Source of the DNA: Gordonia jinhuaensis
GTDB lineage: Bacteria > Actinomycetota > Actinomycetes > Mycobacteriales > Mycobacteriaceae
Assembly: GCF_014639795.1 (NCBI RefSeq)
Contig: NZ_BMGC01000009.1
Coordinates: 129,298 to 153,297 of the forward strand
Length of the DNA stretch: 24,000 bases
Reading direction: 5' to 3'
Below, piece after piece: positions 20,701-24,000 of the stretch. Position 1 is the first letter of the stretch; each line of letters starts with the position of its first letter. Below the pieces are notes generated by a model. It did not search any database and had not been told where the DNA came from. It worked only from the letters and a program-made list of their open reading frames with translations. Position numbers and translations under genes: made by a program.

Positions 20701-20817
20701 GCTCACCGGGTGTAACCACGGGCCGGCTCCGGTTATGCCCGCTCCCGCTATGCCTGCTGGGTTCGCCCGCTCGCGCACCGGCTGGGCTCGCGCGCCGAGC
20801 ACATCGACGAGCGTGAC

Positions 20818-21501
20818 TCATAACGGCAGCTGCCGGACGCCGCCGGACGGGGTGAGCACATGGGTCACCGGGTGGTCGTAGTCGTCGTGGGGCAGCGCAT
20901 CGAGGATCTCGTCGTCATAGACCACCGCGACCAGCACCGCGCCGGTCGCGGCGTGTAGCGACCGGTCGTAGTAGCCGGCGCCGCGTCCCAACCGCACGCC
21001 GGTGCGGTCCACGCCGAGTGCGGGGATCAGCACCACCTGCGCATCGGTCAGCGCATCGGGTGTCCGCGCGGGTCCGGCGGGGGCGGGGATACCGAAGCGC
21101 GATGGCATCAGTGAATCCGGACCTCGATACTCCGCCCACAGCAACGGCGCGGGCTCGCCGGGTGGGATCACCGGCACGATCACCCGCGCGCCGCGACGGC
21201 GCAGTGCGTCGAGCATCTCCACCGAGCCCGGTTCGGTACCCGCGGGTACGTAGGCGGCGACCAATACATCCGGTCCGAGGCCGAGCAGCTGGTCGCCGAG
21301 CAGGTGCCCGACCAGTCGTTCGGCGTCGGCGGCGCGTGCGTCGGCGTCGCGTGCGGCGCGTGCCGACCGCAACTCCCGACGCATGGCGGACTTGGCGTCG
21401 ACGCCGCTCTCGCCGGCACCGCCGCTGTTCACGTCGGCCCTGTCCACACGGTCGGGGTCCACAGGGTCGGGGTCCACACGGTCGGGTTCCGGGGGAGTCA
21501 T
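20818..21501 (-). CDS. 5-formyltetrahydrofolate cyclo-ligase
   Basis: KSAMRRELRSARAA near the N-terminus, then PALGVDRTGVRLGRGAGYYDRSL and DDYDHPVTHVLTP. Position equals Rv0992c. Alternative start GTG 21432, downstream of the tandem repeat. Confidence 0.85.
   Translation of the reverse strand: MTPPEPDRVDPDPVDPDRVDRADVNSGGAGESGVDAKSAMRRELRSARAARDADARAADAERLVGHLLGDQLLGLGPDVLVAAYVPAGTEPGSVEMLDALRRRGARVIVPVIPPGEPAPLLWAEYRGPDSLMPSRFGIPAPAGPARTPDALTDAQVVLIPALGVDRTGVRLGRGAGYYDRSLHAATGAVLVAVVYDDEILDALPHDDYDHPVTHVLTPSGGVRQLPL
21442..21486 (-). repeat. 15-bp tandem repeat x3 (GTCCACA(C/G)GGTCGGG) encoding PDRVD/PDPVD pentapeptides
   Basis: Read directly. It lies in frame in the first 20 codons of the longest 5-FCL ORF. 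Confidence 0.9.
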
Positions 21502-21624
21502 GGCGACCAGTGTGCGTGCTCACAACCGGCGATTCGCCACATCGGATGCCGAGATGTGTATCTCACAGCTTTCGCGGCGGACTTCGGCAGACGCATGTCG
21601 GGTGAGCGCAATAGGCTGAGGCCC

Positions 21625-22566
21625 ATGAACGACATGATGCCGAGCTGGGTCGAGTACGAGTCCGTTCCGAACACGCCTCCGATCCCGCGGACGGCGATCG
21701 TTCCCGCCGCCGGTCTCGGCACGAGGTTCCTGCCGGTCACCAAGACCGTGCCCAAGGAATTGCTGCCCGTTGTCGACACCCCGGGTATCGAACTGGTCGC
21801 CGAGGAGGCCAAGTCGGCGGGCGCCGAACGTCTGCTGATCATCACCTCGCCGGGCAAAGACGGTGTGGTCGCGCACTTCGTGGAAGACCTGGTGCTCGAG
21901 TCCACCCTCGAGTCACGCGGCAAGGCCGCGATGCTGGCCAAGGTCCGCAAGGCGCCCAACCTCATGGAGGTCTCGGCGGTGGTGCAGAACGAGCCCAAGG
22001 GGCTCGGCCATGCCGTGGGGATCGTGGAGGCCGAACTCGACGACGACGAAGACGCCGTGGCCGTCCTCCTGCCCGACGATCTGGTGCTGCCGGGCGGTGT
22101 CCTCGAGGTGATGGCCCGCACCCGCGCCAAACGCGGCGGCACCGTGCTGTGCGCGATCGAGGTCCCCGACGACAAGATCTCGGCCTACGGCGTCTTCGAC
22201 GTGGAACCGTTGCCCGACGCGGCCAACCCGAACGTCATGAAGCTCAAGGGGATGGTCGAGAAGCCCAACGCCGAGGACGCCCCGTCGAACTACGCCGCAG
22301 CCGGGCGCTACATCCTCGACCGCGCGATCTTCGACGCGCTGCGCCGCATCGAGCCGGGTGCCGGTGGTGAGCTGCAGCTCACCGACGCGATCGCACTGCT
22401 GATCGAGGAGGGTCATCCGGTGCATGTGGTGGTCCATCGCGGGACCCGCCACGATCTGGGCAATCCGGGCGGCTACATCAAGGCCTGTGTCGACTTCGCG
22501 CTGGTGCGCAATGACTACGGCCCCGAGCTGCGTGAGTGGCTCGAAGCTCGCCTCAAACAGGACTGA
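21625..22566 (+). CDS. galU: UTP-glucose-1-phosphate uridylyltransferase
   Basis: AIVPAAGLGTRFLPVTKTVPKELLPVVDTPGIELVAEEA...GLGHAVG...LLPDDL...MVEKP...AAAGRYILD is highly similar to M. tuberculosis GalU. The track ORF (from 21304) is an upstream extension. ATG 21625 chosen; 21595, 21634 and 21637 are possible. Confidence 0.9.
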   Translation: MNDMMPSWVEYESVPNTPPIPRTAIVPAAGLGTRFLPVTKTVPKELLPVVDTPGIELVAEEAKSAGAERLLIITSPGKDGVVAHFVEDLVLESTLESRGKAAMLAKVRKAPNLMEVSAVVQNEPKGLGHAVGIVEAELDDDEDAVAVLLPDDLVLPGGVLEVMARTRAKRGGTVLCAIEVPDDKISAYGVFDVEPLPDAANPNVMKLKGMVEKPNAEDAPSNYAAAGRYILDRAIFDALRRIEPGAGGELQLTDAIALLIEEGHPVHVVVHRGTRHDLGNPGGYIKACVDFALVRNDYGPELREWLEARLKQD

Positions 22567-22731
22567 GTATCACCCGCCGCTCGACCAGAACCGGTGGTCG
22601 GCCACACCCACTGTGAGCCGGTCCGGCCCTGGCTAACCAGCGTGGTGTCCGCTGCCCTCGCGTGACGACCCGCTAACGTCGTGCACGCACCCTGACGCGC
22701 GTCCGGGTGGAGGTGGTGGACGGGAGGCGAG

Positions 22732-24000
22732 ATGCGGTCGGTCGAGGAGCAACTGTCGCGGGTCACCGCGTCCGCGGTGGCACCCAGGCCCGTACGGGTG
22801 GCGATCTCCGAGGCGCAGGGTTTGCTGTGCGCCGAAGAAGTGGTCGCGTCCGAGCCGCTGCCGTCGTTCGACCAGGCGGCCATCGACGGCTATGCGGTCC
22901 GCAGCGTCGACGTGATCGATGCCGGTGAGATCGCCGGCGACGACACCGAGGCGCCCGGTGAGCGGATCGTCCTCGTGTTGCCGGTGGTGGGGGAGATCAG
23001 CGCCGGTGACCGCACACCCACCCGTCTGCAACCCCACCAGGCCGTGCGGGTGGAGACCGGCGCACCGCTGCCCACCCTCGCCGACGCGGTGGTCCCGTTG
23101 CGCTGGACCGACGGTGGCGTATCCAAAGTCCGTGTCGGACATGGTGTCTCGTCGGGCGACTATGTGCGCCGAGCCGGCGACGATGTCCAGGCCGGTGATG
23201 TCGCGGTGCGTACCGGCACGGTGATCGGACCGGCGCAGGTCGGTCTGCTCGCGGCAGTCGGCCGTGGGCGCGTTCTCGTCCATCCGCGGCCACGGCTGTC
23301 GGTGATCTCGGTGGGCGCCGAACTCGTCGACATCGATCGCACCCCCGGACAGGGTCAGGTCTACGACGTCAACAGCTACGCGCTGGCCGCTGCCGCGCGT
23401 GATGCCGGCGCCGACGTACATCGCGTGGGGATCGTCGACCGTGAAGCCGCCTCGCTGCGCGAGGTGGTGGAGGGTCAGCTCATTCGTTCGGAGATCGTGG
23501 TGATCTCGGGTCCGGTGGGCGGTGCGGCGTCGCAGGCCATCGTCGACGCGCTCGCCGATCTCGGGGAGCTGTCGATCGACCGCATCGCGATGCATCCCGG
23601 CTCGGTGCAGGGGTTCGGGCGGCTCGGCCGTGACGAGGTGCCCACATTCCTGGTGCCGGCGAATCCGGTGAGCGCGCTGGTCGCCTTCGAGGTGATGATC
23701 CGACCGCTGATCCGTATCGCGCTGGGCAAACGTCAACCGATGCGCCGCATCGTTCGCGCCCGCACCGTCGGCCCGATCGTCTCGGTCAAGGGGCGACGCG
23801 GATATCTGCGCGGGCAGCTGATGCGCGACGAGCAGACCGGCGACTATCTGGTCCAGGTCCTCGGCGAATCCGAGACGGGCAGTTCGCATCTGCTGGCCGG
23901 ACTCGCTGAGGCCAACTGTCTGGTGCTCGTCGATCCCGAGGATGAGGAATTGCGCACCGGCGACGAGGTCGACGTGGCGTTCCTCGCGTTGCGGGGTTAG
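22732..24000 (+). CDS. moeA: Molybdopterin molybdenumtransferase MoeA
   Basis: 422 aa with MoeA N-terminal/linker, MoCF_biosynth and C-terminal domains (FDQAAIDGYAV, RRAGDDVQAGDV, VISGPVGG, MHPGSVQGFG). GGGAGG RBS 5 nt upstream. Follows galU as Rv0994 does. The stop falls at the last base of the window. Confidence 0.9.
   Translation: MRSVEEQLSRVTASAVAPRPVRVAISEAQGLLCAEEVVASEPLPSFDQAAIDGYAVRSVDVIDAGEIAGDDTEAPGERIVLVLPVVGEISAGDRTPTRLQPHQAVRVETGAPLPTLADAVVPLRWTDGGVSKVRVGHGVSSGDYVRRAGDDVQAGDVAVRTGTVIGPAQVGLLAAVGRGRVLVHPRPRLSVISVGAELVDIDRTPGQGQVYDVNSYALAAAARDAGADVHRVGIVDREAASLREVVEGQLIRSEIVVISGPVGGAASQAIVDALADLGELSIDRIAMHPGSVQGFGRLGRDEVPTFLVPANPVSALVAFEVMIRPLIRIALGKRQPMRRIVRARTVGPIVSVKGRRGYLRGQLMRDEQTGDYLVQVLGESETGSSHLLAGLAEANCLVLVDPEDEELRTGDEVDVAFLALRG

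Noticed and set aside
476-21486. CRISPR array or mobile element among the various tandem repeats
   Set aside because: All tandem repeats are 9-16 bp units with 2-4 copies, lack unique spacers and are mostly in frame within genes. No transposase, integrase or terminal inverted repeat pair typical of an IS element was seen.
21304-21624. 107-codon upstream extension of the galU ORF, and the 19-codon extension of mprA (3947-4003)
   Set aside because: The extensions are Gly/Arg/Val-rich and overlap the divergent 5-FCL gene or promoter motifs. The conserved N-termini of GalU and MprA begin at the internal ATGs.
22567-22731. Looked for a molybdenum cofactor riboswitch upstream of moeA, and for a glycine riboswitch upstream of the UPF0126 gene at 2133-2157
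   Set aside because: I could not recognise conserved riboswitch core sequences or a multi-stem architecture in the moeA leader. The UPF0126 leader is only about 25 nt.
22633-23889. 418-aa minus-strand ORF antisense to moeA (and 21498-22175, 21913-22452 antisense to galU)
   Set aside because: Shadow ORFs opposite strongly conserved genes, with Arg/His/Asp/Gly-rich composition.

Overview
High-GC actinobacterial chromosome segment, probably from a mycolic-acid-containing Corynebacteriales organism (Gordonia/Rhodococcus/Nocardia-like; the genus cannot be determined from this window). The backbone is syntenic with Mycobacterium tuberculosis Rv0979A-Rv0994: rpmF, mprA-mprB-pepD-moaB2, mscL, a SAF-domain protein, ruc (Rv0991c-like zinc ribbon), 5-formyl-THF cyclo-ligase, galU and moeA. 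The left end holds a zinc-starvation-type module: two Zur-box-like sites, a COG0523/CobW-like protein with degenerate GTPase and metal motifs, Cys-less L31 type B, then L32. A TRIC/UPF0126 channel gene and a DUF559-like gene sit between rpmF and mprA. Between moaB2 and mscL, which are adjacent in M. tuberculosis, lies a roughly 9.4 kb cell-envelope block. It carries two tandem MspA-family porin paralogues, two Ag85-type mycoloyltransferase-like esterases and a heterodimeric ABC exporter with one degenerate ATP site. It also carries a 50-aa signal-less peptide gene that falls below the ORF-track cut-off; this is the most interesting candidate here. A 71-73 nt structured hairpin repeat occurs three times, always just 3' of a gene and in the gene's orientation, with compensatory stem changes. 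Recognisable regulatory sites include a CIRCE/HrcA operator upstream of ruc, an MprA-box-like direct repeat upstream of pepD and an ECF (SigE-type) promoter-like motif upstream of mprA. No rRNA, tRNA, CRISPR array or transposase gene was seen. Most long antisense ORFs in the track are high-GC shadow ORFs.
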